Shown: positions 13,001 through 26,800 of the stretch, one piece after another | Layout of the letters: every line of letters starts with the position of its first letter | How positions within the stretch are numbered: position 1 is the first letter of the stretch | Source: Phallusia mammillata | Taxonomy: Eukaryota | Reading direction: 5' to 3' | DNA length: 64,000 bases | Assembly: GCA_965637545.1 (NCBI GenBank) | Contig: OZ281496.1 | Location: 28,148,001-28,212,000 of the forward strand | Notes under the pieces: model-generated | The model's database searches: none | Seen by the model: only the letters and a program-made list of their open reading frames with translations | What the model was told of the DNA's origin: nothing | Program-made: the position numbers and the translations under genes

Positions 13001-15285
13001 CACCCCTGCTGTACGGGCACATGAAGTACACGTTTTTTTCACAATCATAACGTATTTAAATAAACAGTCATTTTTGTTCTTGTATACCCTTTCAAACAAA
13101 ATTTTCTTATGTTACTATGAATATGCAAATTAAGTGCTCGGGTCAGTTTGTGCAACTGCTCGGCCGAGCACCGAGCATTAAAAACGGCGATGCTCGGTAC
13201 CGAGTACCGGGGTTCTGGCTCGGCTCGGCCCATCCCTACTGCTTGATAAACCATTACGGATAATAAAGATTACCATGTAACTTTGACAGCTTATAGACTA
13301 GTTGTGTTGCCACATCATAAAATATTAATTCACCTCTATGCTTTCAAAAATATGTTGAAAAGCTCGTGGAATTATGCCACGTTGTGTTGCTGGATCTTCT
13401 ATGCCTTGCATGCTGAAGGATTTTCCACAGCCGGTTTGTCCGTAAGCGAACACAGTTCCATTGTAGCCTTCAACCACTCCCTGTGAAAAAAGTATTTGTG
13501 TGTAAAATTTCAAGACATTAAAAATGGAAAGGAAAGATAAATACAAGATCGAAAGTGAAACATTTTGGCTTTGACAAAGAAAAAAAGACCTTGCGCTTAT
13601 GACTTAATAATTTACTCATCTTTTTGATTGCTGCAATAAATATGATATGAGAGTGATTATACTAAGCAATATCAGACCCTCCAACAGGCAGCATGGTCAT
13701 TGACCATCACTGTTTGTGACAATTCTATGTGAACAAGGAACTGCAGATTTTAAACAAAAATATATGTATATTCCAGTTCGGCAAAATAATTCGATGTGAA
13801 TTGATTGACTGATTCTGTTATTTGGAAATCATTTCCCATTCTCAGTTAAGTGTGATATTGATTCCCCAAAAGTCTGAATGCTAAGAATTTTGTGTACTAC
13901 TTGGACACACCAAATAGAAATCTTCACCAAGAAACGAAATTAACTAAAACCCTAAATTGCTTTCAAGTGATCAATTAAGAAGGTTTGTAATCCTTGAGAT
14001 GCTTCACAACTGGTTAGTGCTGTCACTTATTCGTAGCTGGTCCAAACTTTACCGTCTTTGGCATACCAACCCTTATATTTGCTAGGAACCAATTCACACT
14101 TTAAGTGGCAAGAGACCTTTGTCAAGGCAAAGTGGAGGTTTACGTTCAAAGGTCAAGTAGGATTTGAAAGATGATTATCTAAATATTGCTGGGAGAAGAT
14201 TTGTCGTTGTCAAGCAGTTTGTTGATCTTGCCAATAAAAATCAAATAAAGTCTGAGGATTTATTTTTACACCGAAGACAATGAGAAAAATAATTTTATTG
14301 TTTTCTTTGTTGTTATATTACTCTTTAGTTTATGTACCATATATTTTGTTTGTATGTATCTTGATCAAAACAATTGAGGACAATGTTGCTACAACAGTAA
14401 TATATTAACTACGTCTGTCATAGCAACACATGGAAAACAGTAACAAAATGGTTATTTACATCAACTCAGCTGTGGCCATATCTTGACAGTGATAATAAAT
14501 TATTTATGTAAGGTGTATTGACATACAAAGGACTAAGATAAAGCTTTAAAATCCTACTCCATTTGCTGAATAGATTAATACCCAGTGGTGGTTTAAATCA
14601 AATATGAGAAACTGGAGAAGTTTTGTTTGTTAGTTTTATTGATTCTTGTTGTATATTTCTCTTTGCAAAGTTGTAGTACAAAATGTCAATAGTTTAGTTT
14701 TTCGGTACAGGGGTTTTGACATCCTATTTTGCGATGGCAATTTCAAAGTAACACACTTGCCTTTTATTCACTACAAGCTTGTCATAAAACAATAAACTTA
14801 AACCCTAAAACCTCCAACCAAAAAGTAAAATACAATTGACTTGTCCCAACAAAAGCAGCAACAAACTGCCCACCTCAACTAGTGGATATGCGATGTCATT
14901 GTAAATTTGTTCAGTCGTTGAGTTGACATAGTAAGCACCATCAAAAGTAAACTCCTTGGGCACTTGGTCAGTGGATCCTGGTTTTCTGATACTACATTTT
15001 CCCATGTCGTCTATCATATCCACAATATTCTGTTGACATAGTTTTTAGGATTAGTAACAAAAGTCTAAACTGGGATCTAGTTGCCTAAACCATAAAAACT
15101 GAATGAAAACACGAGCAAAATCTATCTTTAAAATTGACATTTAATATTGTCCATGTTTGTAAAAACTTTTCTTACATTCATTTGAATTAAAACATAAAAA
15201 AACATGTCATTACCTTGCAATTAAGCTTTTTTTCTCGGTCATTGAGTGGCCGGCAACGAACAATCACTTTAACTGCCTCTGCCAT
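1066..15285 (-). CDS. KIF17: Kinesin-2 family motor, KIF17/OSM-3 type; 21 exons, about 1003 aa
   Basis: Hand-spliced GT-AG exons with consistent phase: 15285-15214 ([15 protein letters not shown]), 15029-14874, 13480-13334 ([18 protein letters not shown]-loop), 12142-12041, 11791-11602 ([11 protein letters not shown] switch I), 11010-10870 ([12 protein letters not shown] switch II), 9566-9398 ([20 protein letters not shown]), 9044-8902, 8410-8357, 7074-6968, 6818-6695, 6065-6019, 5740-5393, 5015-4905, 4241-4120, 3901-3682, 3280-3170, 2862-2712, 2476-2388, 1988-1856, 1340-1066. The tail RPHKLEAIP...KSKKPKKKK resembles the KIF17 tail with its basic ciliary-localisation cluster. Exons 5740-5393 and 5015-4905 are less certain. 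Confidence 0.93.
1608..1775. mobile_element. 168-bp non-autonomous hAT-like MITE in KIF17 intron
   Basis: TIRs CAGTGCTGGATTAA / TTAATCCGGCACTG; flanks gtttcaat / gttttaat (7 of 8 TSD match). Confidence 0.7.
4492..4545 (+). mobile_element. Degenerate fragment of the tRNA-derived SINE family
   Basis: ctgatcagggttcg...gggttcgaacccc-acgacaa resembles the B-box region of the copies at 54983 and 57671. Confidence 0.4.
6156..6503. mobile_element. 348-bp hAT (Charlie/Buster-like) MITE
   Basis: TIRs CAGTGGTTCCCAAC / GTTGGGAACCACTG; perfect 8-bp TSD cactagag at 6148-6155 and 6504-6511. Confidence 0.92.
12538..13238. mobile_element. Non-autonomous hAT element with TAGGGATG termini, host of a nested MITE
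   Basis: Ends TAGGGATG...CATCCCTA; perfect 8-bp TSD ctgcttga at 12530-12537 and 13239-13246; subterminal ctcgg/ccgag repeats. Confidence 0.88.
12704..13008. mobile_element. 305-bp hAT MITE nested in the 12538-13238 element
   Basis: TIRs CAGGGGTGTCCAAAC / GTTTGGACACCCCTG; perfect TSD ctgtacgg at 12696-12703 and 13009-13016. Confidence 0.92.
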
Positions 15286-17437
15286 CTTTCCAGTAAAGTG
15301 ATTGGCTGCTTTCTAAAAAACAAAACACCAAATTATATTGAACTCTTTGTATGGATCATACTAAGAAAAGGTTTCAAATGCCTAGGGGCCTTGATACAAA
15401 AATGCATTTGCCAACACAAAACAACCACAAAATTCTCATTTAAAAATGTCAGATTTTGAGATAAATACATAAAGAACGGCTATGCCTCATACCTGTGAAG
15501 GACATATCTTTAATGACATAATGCTGTTCACCTTTAATGCCTCATTTAAAATTAAAACTAAACAGATGTTAGCAAGACTCTATTTACTGCACTATATCTT
15601 AGTCACCAAACACTTGTATGGCGATACAATACTGACCAACCAACCAGAAAAAAATATTTTAATTAGACAGACAACACAATAAAACACAACAATAGCCATG
15701 GCAATCAATATTTTATACAACTTCTTGGCTGTAAAGACCACAATAAAACTATTTGACATTATGTTTGCCTGCAGTACAAAGCATATTGTCTTTACAGTTG
15801 GATATATTATAAATGACTGTTCAGTGCACATAGTCGGCAGCACATTTCATGTAAGAGTCAAATTATCACATTCAAGTACTTAGAAGATCACTTGAAACTC
15901 TATTTTAGAGAGGTTTTATAAATTAGGGATTGTATGATCGATATAACGATGATACAGTCAAGAGTTTTACCCTGTTTGTAGACAGGGATATCTGACAAAC
16001 AATGTTAAGCAAGAACTCAGTTTGGATATTGTTTCAGTTGTTCACTGTAGTTTGCAATTGAAGGTGCTCCAAAAGCAGTCAAAGTGTTTCACAACAATGC
16101 TGCATTACAGACACCACTTTTCGTATTACTATTACAGTTGCTTACATCAAATGAAAGGTTTCACTTTACTCTGGTGGTAAACTGTTTTTTTTTATTCAAG
16201 TTACTTTGTTATTTATGAAAAATGAACGTAAGTTTATTCATTTATTTCAAAAGGTGTTAGATATTTAAATTATACTAGTTTATTCCAGACTTTTGTGCAG
16301 CACAAACCTGATTTGAAGTGTGGACTTTTTGTTGGCAAAATTATTCTCAAATTTTCGATTGGTGATTATAATTTTCTTGGTGCAACATCATGAAAGAAGT
16401 TGAACAAACAGGTAAAAAACTTTCACCAATATTGTTTTCTATTTATGTGATATCTACTCAACAACAGAAAAACTATATCAGGTTACGAATGTATAAAATA
16501 TAATGTCACAAGTTCTGCACAAACATAACAGAGAAAATGCAAAACCTTTGAAAAAAAGTGTTTGACTGTATGAATTTCAAAAAACAAATTTTGTCTAATT
16601 GTAGTTGATCAAGAATTGTCTAATTTGAATCTCAATTTAGGGAAGGACTTGCTACATTTTGCCACCTTTCAGATTAAAGGATGTACCGTGTTTGTGGTTA
16701 CAACTTACAAGATAGCTATCATTTGTCAGAACTCAATGCTAAAACTTGACTCATTATATCTTTGAAATAACTTAACAAAGTTTTTCACCAATTAGTGTAG
16801 GTTCACATATCACATATTAAGCAATTAACACTGGACCGACACAACCAATTAAAAGACATTTTTCCCATAAAAGTCGCACACTGCATCGCAAAATACTGCA
16901 CAATTTCCCACATACAACTAACAGCACCAAATCACTGTCGAACATGGCTGTAAAAACGAAATTTATAATTTATAATATCTCTTATCAAACAATAACAAGC
17001 TTCCGTAACAACAATAGCTTGCCGTTCCCAGCAACACGCTGACTGACAATTTGACGTCAAAGAATTCGGAACACCTTTAAAAATTGCGCCCCCAGTGTGT
17101 AAGCTTGTCTTCAAATTTTCATTCATGAAAAAAAAAAACCTGCGAGTCTCTTGTTAGCGAATTTATACATGATAATATCCTATATTTAATGGCAAACGAA
17201 CGGCTGTAGACGTATTAATTGTACCAGAACATTACGGATGCAGTAACTCTTTACAAGACATTGAAACAACAATTATTTCAAGTGGTATGTACCCCTACTG
17301 CATATCATCTGTCAGCCAACAAGAGAGCAATTCGTGTTGTTAAATATCGCCATGTGTGCTGAAACGTTAAACGGTAATTAGTTAAAACTCGTAAAATAAA
17401 ACTCTGTCAGGTTAGATCTGAAAGTCTTTTTTGGAAC

Positions 17438-20400
17438 ATGATTGTTCGAGTTGTTTTTGGTATTTGTTTGATTTTACATAATCAGGTTAGTTTGGTTGTT
17501 ACGTTGTGTTGTATGACCCGTTTTATCATAGTTTTGATTGGGCCAGAGCTTTGGCATTTTCTGCTAGTTTGCTAGCACAATTTGGCGTTGAGGTTACGTA
17601 TTAATATCGGCTTTTCATGACTTTGATTCAACAAAATTGTCTCGATTTTATTTGCCCACCTCTTTATTCAGAACTCATTTGCTTGTCGGCTACAATGGAG
17701 ATTGCGAGCAAGAGCAATTTTGCAGGAAATCTTTAATATCGAACCACAGAGAATGGTGGATCTGGATGAAAATGGCCAACCTAGATCAAATCGCCCTATT
17801 AACTTGGAGGGCACTCTTTTTGATCGAAGTCGTCCTACCCAGGACGATTTTCCTTTCTTTCAACCGTTTGAAATTTACACTGACGAAGGAGGTTGTTATG
17901 AAGAAGGTAAACTGGTCATCGATGCCTTACAATTGAAATACAATTGGTGGCCTAATTTTCAGTTAATATGCAAATTCACAGCAAATAATTATGAGCTTAA
18001 CCTACGAAGACTAAAAAAACGACAAAGTATAAATATCCGGTCGTTTGACTGATTTATTTTGTTTAAAAGACAGAAGATGATCTATACAGATGCGTTTGAA
18101 TGACTCATGTTAAGATTAAATGCATCTTCAAGCTGTCTTCTTTAGATCATGTCGCAGTGAACACACCAAATAGTTGCTTTAAAAAATCATATCAGTCAAT
18201 TTCTTTTTTGTGACAACAAACAACTTGCTGCTCAAACTTTATAGGAGATTCACACCAGTATTTGGGAAAGGTATCATACACAGAAACTGGAATGCCTTGC
18301 TCAAAATGGAGCGTATTCTCATATTGGTTGCATCAGCGCTTGATGGCAGCACAAGAACGAAAAAACAATCGAATCAAGGACAGTGTCTGGTACTTGTCCC
18401 CACAAGATAGCGGCAGAGATGACGCTGAAATCATGGTGGCTAATCATACGATAAGAGACATGCACCACAAAGGCAAGGTTTCATTGTAGACCAATCTTGA
18501 GTTCAAAATGTTCTAACAGTCTCTCGTTAAATAACTTTGTATAACATTGTATGTTCCTAAATCATTTTCATTGCTTGAAAGCATGAAGCAAATTTATATC
18601 CTAAAACCTCGCATTTTATAATGTGAGCGCAGGGAGTTTTGGATTCAATTTGTTTGTGTAAATATTTCTTATTACACATATGCATGACTTAAATGCTTTG
18701 TATTTTCGTTTACTTGTTCTTCAAGAAGGATTGACATTGTAAAATCGGTTCACAAGTCGCGAGAGTTTAACAAAGACTTGACTGAGTATAACGTTGTTAT
18801 CATTACTAAACCATTCTTGGACAAAACACACAAAACCTTCAACCAATATCTTTTAGGTCTTCTTGATCACAACTACTGCAGGGACCCGGATAAATCAGGC
18901 AAACCTTGGTGCTTTCTGGAAACCAAAAAATACGTACTTTGGCAAGCTTGCGGGGTTCCTAAATGCGTAAGTTTTATCAATACATGTTTCCTTGTTATGT
19001 TATCTGTTCACCATCCCGACTTAATAATATTTAATAGCACTTGTATTGGCCATTGTGAAATTTTCATATTTAATTTTATCGTCTCGGAAGACAGCTCTCA
19101 TTCAATTTGTATTCTTATTCAAAGACGCCTTGTTGGCGCTTAAGACAACGAACAGTTCGTGTTATCCATGTCCCGCCATTGCTGGAAACAACTTGGATTC
19201 CAAACTGCAAAATGGACGGAACGTTCGACAGTTTACAGGTGCATTTAACGACGCGGCCATTTGAAATTGTCACTGGCGTCTATTTTTGGGTTGCGTTAGA
19301 GCAGGGGTGGGCAACCTGCGGCCCGCGGGCCACATGCGGCCCTTGATTAAATGTTGTGCGGCCCGCAAAGACACTTGGACTTCAAATGTACTGGCAAACG
19401 AGTCCAATTATTATATATTTTTGAGCGGATTAGTGCGCCTGTGCTATTTTTCTACGACTTGGCAATATGCTGCGAGAATCAAATGCGAATTTTACTTTTA
19501 ATATGCAACGAGGTAAAATCATTTTGTGTTATATAAAGGTGCGGCCCGCGATCTAATTACCGCAATTGTATTTGGCCCCACAGTGACAAAGGTTGCCCAC
19601 CCCTGCGTTAGAGCGTTGTCATCTCATAAAACTTGGTGTGTGCGTCATCGCATCAAATTTCATGCTCTACTATTGTGCCCTTGGGTCTATTAAGAAACCA
19701 CTGACTGCATGGGTACATCGAAAATGACCATACCTCATGTTCACACTAACATTTGTAAAGTTGTAGCTGTCTGCTATACAGTTAACTAGTTTCACTCCAA
19801 ACCTTGTGTTCACAGCATTCCTTACACAGTTTTGCTATATGAGTGCGTTTTCAATTGTTGTTTGGCTACACAACTGTTACAGTTAAATATTATGTTGCTG
19901 TATATCATTTGTGCGTAGTGCTGGAAAACGTACTGCTGGTGTGCGGATCGCAATGGACAGATTATAAAGGGGACGTTAACCAACAAAGCGCATGGACAAC
20001 CATTGTGTAACGAAGGTTAGTTTTTAAAGCAACCCAGCTCGTGAGTATTATAGCAGGATTTCACCCATTGCCCTGTTTACTTTATTTGTTCCTGCTACAT
20101 AAACGCAGACAAATAAAAACGACTCTCCGGAACTAAGGCGTTGTAGAAAACAACACTTTGTCACAAAATCCATCCATTTGTTTCGTACAGAATACACAAG
20201 ACCAGGTGCTAAAAGGATGCGTGTAGCAGCAAACAGGAAACGTAAAGTGACAAGCAAAGAAACAAAGACCCCAGGCATAAACTTGTACCGTAATCTAGCA
20301 ACAAAGACCACCAAAGCCAGGACGAGAGTGTCAAAACAGTCCATATCACAACGCACAATGACCGATTGGATGCAAAAAATGTTTCAATGGACTTCAAGAA

Positions 20401-20836
20401 CCAGTATCCGTCAAACAAGGAAAACGCGGCGGGTTCATGGCGGTCATGGAACTTCTGACGAAAAGCGCGATAATGTCACGATTACTTCAAGAGACGGGAA
20501 ACGCAAATACCAATGCGAGGTGCGTTACACCACAATCAATACGCTTCGCTGCGAACCAGTACCTCGAACGCCTAAACAAAGTGACAAGCTTTCCACCAGC
20601 ACCGGTCCTCTTCGGCGCTGCTTCGTCGTGCAAAGGCTGCGCGTGATTGGCTGGGCCTGCACACGTGACATTGATGACGCTTCATGGTACGTTGCGAGGT
20701 TTACCCGGGTTCCAGTCACCTCACGTAGCTTTGGACGAAATAGCAAGGTTATTTTTCAAGGGATCAGTTACAGGTGTATCGGACCGCCAGCTGTAAAAAG
20801 TCAAAAGAATGCCAAAAGATGCAATGTTACATGCCC
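17438..20836 (+). CDS. Secreted protein: signal peptide + kringle (with insertion) + thyroglobulin type-1 domain + basic/Cys-rich C-terminal region; 3' end unresolved
   Basis: Exons 17438-17485 (MIVRVVFGICLILHNQ), 17672-17906, 18245-18472 (GC donor), 18857-18966 (HNYCRDPD..KPWCF..ACGVPKC), 19125-19238 (C..WIPNCKMDGTFDSLQ), 19919-20015 (CWKTYCWCADRNG), 20191-20836. Phases are consistent. The last exon ends either at donor CC|gtaagt (20836) or at in-frame TAA 20838-20840. Confidence 0.8.
19302..19605. mobile_element. 304-bp hAT MITE in intron of the kringle gene
   Basis: TIRs CAGGGGTGGGCAACC / GGTTGCCCACCCCTG; perfect TSD cgttagag at 19294-19301 and 19606-19613. Confidence 0.92.
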
Positions 20837-23800
20837 GTAAGTTTATTGATTTCTTATTGTAGGTAAAACATATGTTCAAAATTTGCAACATAAGGTCCCT
20901 AATGGAAAACAAATGTAAATTCTAAACGGCACATCTAAAGGGCGGGCGGTAATAGCACCAATGAATTTTATTTAGTGTACTTAGCAATAAAAATGCCGTT
21001 CTACCAGGCGCTAACCGACACGGCAAACATAATTCCCTGATGTTTCCCGTTAAACTCAATTTCTCCCCGTAAATTCAGTTTCTTTGGCCATATATTTCAA
21101 ACTGTATTTTTCCGGTATTATATCTTTGTTCGTGACCGGTTCAGCCACAAAATTGCCTAAAATAGATCTATTACCAGATGCCGAACCTCTGTGCCAACAT
21201 TCACTACAATCTACGTTAAAGAAATACGAAAAGTAAAGTATATGTGCTTCAAGTCTTGGCGGCGTTGGAGGCTCGTGAAATCGACTTGTGTGAAATTGGA
21301 TGCGAAAACCGACCAGGCGTAAACGTACACGTGACCGAGACGATGGCCAAAATGAACTTTACCTTTGGTGTGGTTAATAGTAAAGCCCATTGTTGCTTTG
21401 CTTTGTGAAACGTGTTTTTACATGTAGCTGGCTATAATAGTCAGTCTTTGTGCCTGTTGCTATTTTAGGTTACGTGCCAAAGAATTTCCCTTTATGACTT
21501 GTCTAGAGTCTTTGAAAAAGAGTCTAAACATCGTTTGAATTGTCGATAAACCAATCTTTGGGGATTACATGTCCACTGACTGTTGTTGATTTATTTTTAT
21601 TGTCTGAGTCAAACAGCCAGCTTTAAAATTCCACATATTTTTAAACATAACGGCCACATGACAAGAAAAACAAAATTTCTGCTGTTAACAAATATTTTAC
21701 AAAAGTACATACAGATTTTTACCTAACTTTTTTTAAACATAATATGCAACGATATTCTGACAGTAGATTCTGGAAAAGGTATATGTAAAGGACAACGCGT
21801 AAAGTGGTTGTCCCCTAAGTTGAAATCGTATGGGTAAATGATCGAGAAACCGCTGTGTGTACAACCTCGACTTATGTTGGGCTTGCTTTATGTACAGCAT
21901 AGACACGGATGCCACGAATTTTATCTGTTGAGTCTTACAGCGAATGATAAGATAAGGATTCTCAAGCCACAGCCTGGTCAAATGGTTCTTTGTACATGGG
22001 ACTGGAGTTGTAAAGAAGAAAATTTTCATATTTATCGCTTAAACTTGCCTCAATCGATCGTCCTGTCTTATACAGTTAAAACATCGTTGAATCTTTTTAT
22101 ATTGAATGTCTTTTGTGCAAACAATCGGACTTTGCAGATAGCTCTCATTTTCTTTTCATCTAATTTAAACGTAATGGCAACAACGTAAAAGTATGCAAAA
22201 ACAGCTTGTTTGGTCGTATTTGGAACTCCAGGTTTATGCAAGAAAGTTGAATGTTTCGCAAATATTGTTAAAAAAGAACTTCAGTTCACCGATCGAGTTT
22301 TTAAATCTGCTCTGCACGCGTAATAAGTACCAGTGTGTTTACATTACTGCTGTGTTGTTTTTGTCCAAAACGACTTTCCAAACAGCTCACTTTAGGAATT
22401 CACCCCATTATAGCGCTGACGCATATGTTGTAACACTAAGCAGGGGGTTTGGGTTGGATGCTTCATTGAGCATGATAGCAGGGCAGTACCCCAGTGCGAG
22501 CGGGAAGGCTGAAAATAAAGTTTTGTGCCTGACAGGACAAGTCAACCGAATCGATGCCCAGTGAATACGGAGAAGTCCGCCCATGGTTTTTGAAACTCTG
22601 TTGACGAAAGCGGAAAATGAAGAGTAGGGTGAAGTATTGAACTGTGTGTTTTGGGGGGTGGCAACTTGTTGAGAATATGTAAATTGCTTGTTGCTTGGCA
22701 ACTCTTTGGTATTTTTAAAACAACTCGTATTGGTATTTATGTTAGTCCGTAAGTCGTTTCTTTCACAGATAGTTTAAGAAGCTGTCTTCTCCCTAGAAAA
22801 AGTACTAAATATATTTGGTCTTAAGCCAATATAGTTGGTTAAATGAAACTCTTATTTACATTTCCTGAGTTCAAACAAACGTATGATTTGAAGTGTGCCT
22901 TTCGTCGTCACTGAAAAGTTTTCTTTGCGAATTGGGGAGTTTGAGTTTCAGACTAGGAAAGACTAATTTTAGAAAGTCCAGGTGTTGCAAGAGACGAGGT
23001 TACTTTCGCAAGATTTCCACATCGAGTACGTCGACTTACAAGCAGCTTGTTACAACAGGGTGACGAAGCATTGGTAAAAGGAGAATTGTTTTGTTGATTC
23101 TTTCCGAACCTTGTTGTGTTTTTAACTGACGTTTTTGCCTGTTTGTCATTGTTTTTTTGTATTGGCTGTTTTGAAGTTCCAGAGTCGAATGTATAAGTTT
23201 TTTTTTTTCAACGGACGAAAGTTAAGGTAAATATAACAATAATTAATCAGATTGTTTGTCAGGCCAGAATCAATAACATTGCATGTCAATTATTTACATC
23301 AGATTGAAGAACAGATGCAAGAACGTGGCAGCATTAATTTTAGAATTGTTAAAAATCCCTGATAAATTAAGATTATGTTAGGAACAAGTTTTCATGAAGT
23401 TTCGTGTTAGGTGTGTTTCTGGTGTTAGATGAATGTTTGATACAGTTCAAACAAATCTGTTATCAAACAGTTTAATTGCTGACGCGAGTTTAACAAAAGT
23501 CGGTTGCCTATAACCGTTGTCTTTTTAAGTAGTACCTGTGAAATCATCACAATTCTTCCCAAGGAACACAACTTTTGTGACAGACTTCAGAGCAAACTTT
23601 ACAAAAACCTGCTACACTTTTTTAACGGATTTGGGCATGTTTGTATTGTGAGTTTAGAAGTAGGTTTATTCGCCGACCAACCCGCCATTGTCTTCATTTT
23701 TGTCGATCGATGTCATCATGTCATATCAAACCTTTCATAAACCACAAAAACTTCATTCAGAGGGACATTAATCTTTCAGATCACGTGACACCATCGAAAC

Positions 23801-26800
23801 GACGTCATTCTCGTGACACTAAACACACACGTCAGACAAATAGCGGATAGGCGGTTACTGATTTACAGACCCTTAAAGCTTCATATACAACTGCGTACGG
23901 TAAAGGCTTTATTTGATCTCTTTGTAACGTTGCTTTTGCAGTTTATGCTGTAGCGTGGGTGTGTATACTTGTGAGGCTATTATCTGGTTAAATATGTCCG
24001 CATAAAAACGGAAATCCCAATGCCCTTTGAGGCGAAGTAGTTGGTTCCGCCGCTTGCACATAGTTACCCAGAATTTTGAACCGAGGTTTAGTTCTGTTTT
24101 AAAGGTAGTTATTGAATCCTTTTGGGCTTGAGATGGAAATGAGCTTTGAACCAAATGGAAGAGATATGTTCTTGTTACACAGGAAAGCTTTTCCCACATC
24201 AGGGTCTGAATCTAAAGCCAGCAAGGGATTAGTGAAGAAAGCATGTCTTCTTTATACCAAGTAAACGCTTTTTGGTTTAATGTGGTTTTTAGATACTTCT
24301 GGTAAGGTTTCTGAAGGATTTTAGTCTGAAACGTATGCCTAGAAACAATGCACTGAACCTATACGTTGGTTTATAAGGCACTTAAACGTTATTTAAAAAC
24401 ACCAGTAGGGTAACAGGGACTCAGACCTACCACAAGGCGCCATGTGGTTCTAAGGGCTCTTTACAACAGGTTTTTCATTGCATATTTAAAACTGTGTTCT
24501 GTAAAAGGAACCAAGCCTGAAGTATAAAGCTGAAGTGCATTGGTCAAGTCCACTTCGAATTTGATAGAGATTTGAAAAAACGGGCTTATGTTTTATCTGA
24601 CAGTGAATTTCTCATTAAGGAATAAGCCCAAGTCATATCAACAATCGGTAAGACCAAATTTATTTGATATGTTTGGAGTCTCAGTGTTTTGTTTAAGTCC
24701 CTGCCGTAAAGAGATAAACAGCCGTCACAGAATGGTCATGTATAATATCCACTGTCACGCTTTGCCCGAAAAAATAAACCAAACAGTGTTTTAAATTTCT
24801 CTGCCGCCGTGCGTTGCCCCCCGAAGTCGAATTAGAAATAGCACTTGTGTAAAGAGCGCCTTAGAACGACGTTTTCAAGCGATTACGGCACCGCTGAAGA
24901 GGTCTTTATTGCTGGTGGTTATGATTGCCTGGCATCAGTACGCGCGCGCCCTTTAGGAATTTAAACTACATAGCTTTGCTTTTCTTCCGACTGACATCAG
25001 AGTTTACAGCCAATTAGGAGGACGCGCAGTGGTTTGGAGCGCCACTATTTGATACAACTACAAGTGCTACAAAGCCTTCTAAAATGCGATTACAGTTTGG
25101 GGCACACGACGAGAAGTTGATTTGTTTTCAGAGGTCTTTTCGGCAGATGGTGGACAGCAGCTTGGCATTGTTTGTGACAGCAGTTAGTTTAAGGTGTGGT
25201 GAAATGAGTTAAAGCAGATGGCAGCGTTTGTCAGGCCGGTCGTTTTGCGAACTGTTTTGTTTCAAACATTGTCATATGTGACAGCTTTATGATCGAACTT
25301 TCTTAGTGTTGGTGCTGTGTAGGTCCTCAGAGTTGAATCAAACCACTGTACCTTAACTATTTGAGCTAGGTTAGGCAGTTCATTGGGGCTAAATAGGGTA
25401 TCGCAATCAGCCTAACAAAAGTATATAAACGAGTATTGCTCTTCCAACAGTTTTTATTTAATCGACGTTTCGGCGTCCCATGCAACCGTGTTTTGTAATT
25501 TAGTTGCATTAAAAATATCATTTGTCAATGTTAGGTAAAACCAAATGTATTTGTATTGGGTAAGATATCTTTGAAGCTGTTGTTGATTAGATTTTGCACG
25601 GTTATTAATGGTATTTTAATGATTGAAGAGTCCTGTAAATCGTTTAGACGAGAAACGAAATGCATTAAGGCAATGTCTAGCTGCGGTGGTATGTGTGAAA
25701 ATGTCAAAATGAATTATTATGATACTGACTGACGCATGCGTTTCTTGTCATTAGTACCTAAATGTATGAAACGACAGACATTGGTTGTGAGAAAATTAAC
25801 AAAATCGTTTGTGTGATGCTTACACTTCCTAAACGTACATAATGAGTTTGTTTTCCACTTGCACTAGAGAAGTATACAGTTTAGGATCTTGAGTTTTTCT
25901 TCCTAATCTATGTCTATCAGGGATAGTTGATAAGTAAGACGTGCATTTTAGGGTGAGTTAAACAGTTTTACATAAACGTGTCTTTGTCCCGTTGGAATTT
26001 TTTACAAGTAGTTATCCTTTAAAGACTTGTGCAATGAGAACGTTGACATCTGCTGTTTAACGGATATTTGCACTGTAAACCTTTATTACCAGAATTTCAT
26101 TTCGGAAACACCTTTATATTAAACCTGAATTTAGATGTGACTTTAAACCACCTCATATTATTACGTACAAAAGATCTTTTTAATCTACAATTTCATAAAC
26201 AAAAATCTCGCTATATTTACTCGCCCAAATTCGCACGTAAAAGACCCACAATTTTTAATATCTCGTGCCCATTAATTCTATGTGCGGTCATGGCCTTGTG
26301 CTGCTGTAAAACTAGCGCAAATTTGAAGGCCGTGCCAATTACAAGTGAATGGGATTTAATGGCTTCCTCAGTCAAACTCAATTCAATTACGTGAGTGAAA
26401 TTTGAATTTAAATTGTAGTGGAACACCCTTGGGTAATTTCTAGTGTCAACATCAGGTTAACCAGCTGTTAATGATTTTATTGTGTTGTTAATTAGTAGCA
26501 ATTGCGCCATCGTCCTTATTCAGTGTATAAACCCAGAGATATTCATGGACATGAGAAACCCGACCGAGAAATGGTTTGATAATTTTTGGTGACCTGAGAT
26601 ATTATGTTTTAATTTTTTTTTATGATTTCTGTGTTGCGAGTTGACTGAATATACTGGTGAAGTAATTGTAAGTCCATGGGCCGATAAAAAACGTTATTGT
26701 TATCAGAAAACGGCAAAAGTTTCCAGAACTTACTGGAAAAAAAATCGGGTTTTTTTGGTTTTGCTTTTGTTTACAAACATGGCCATGCATACATAATCAT

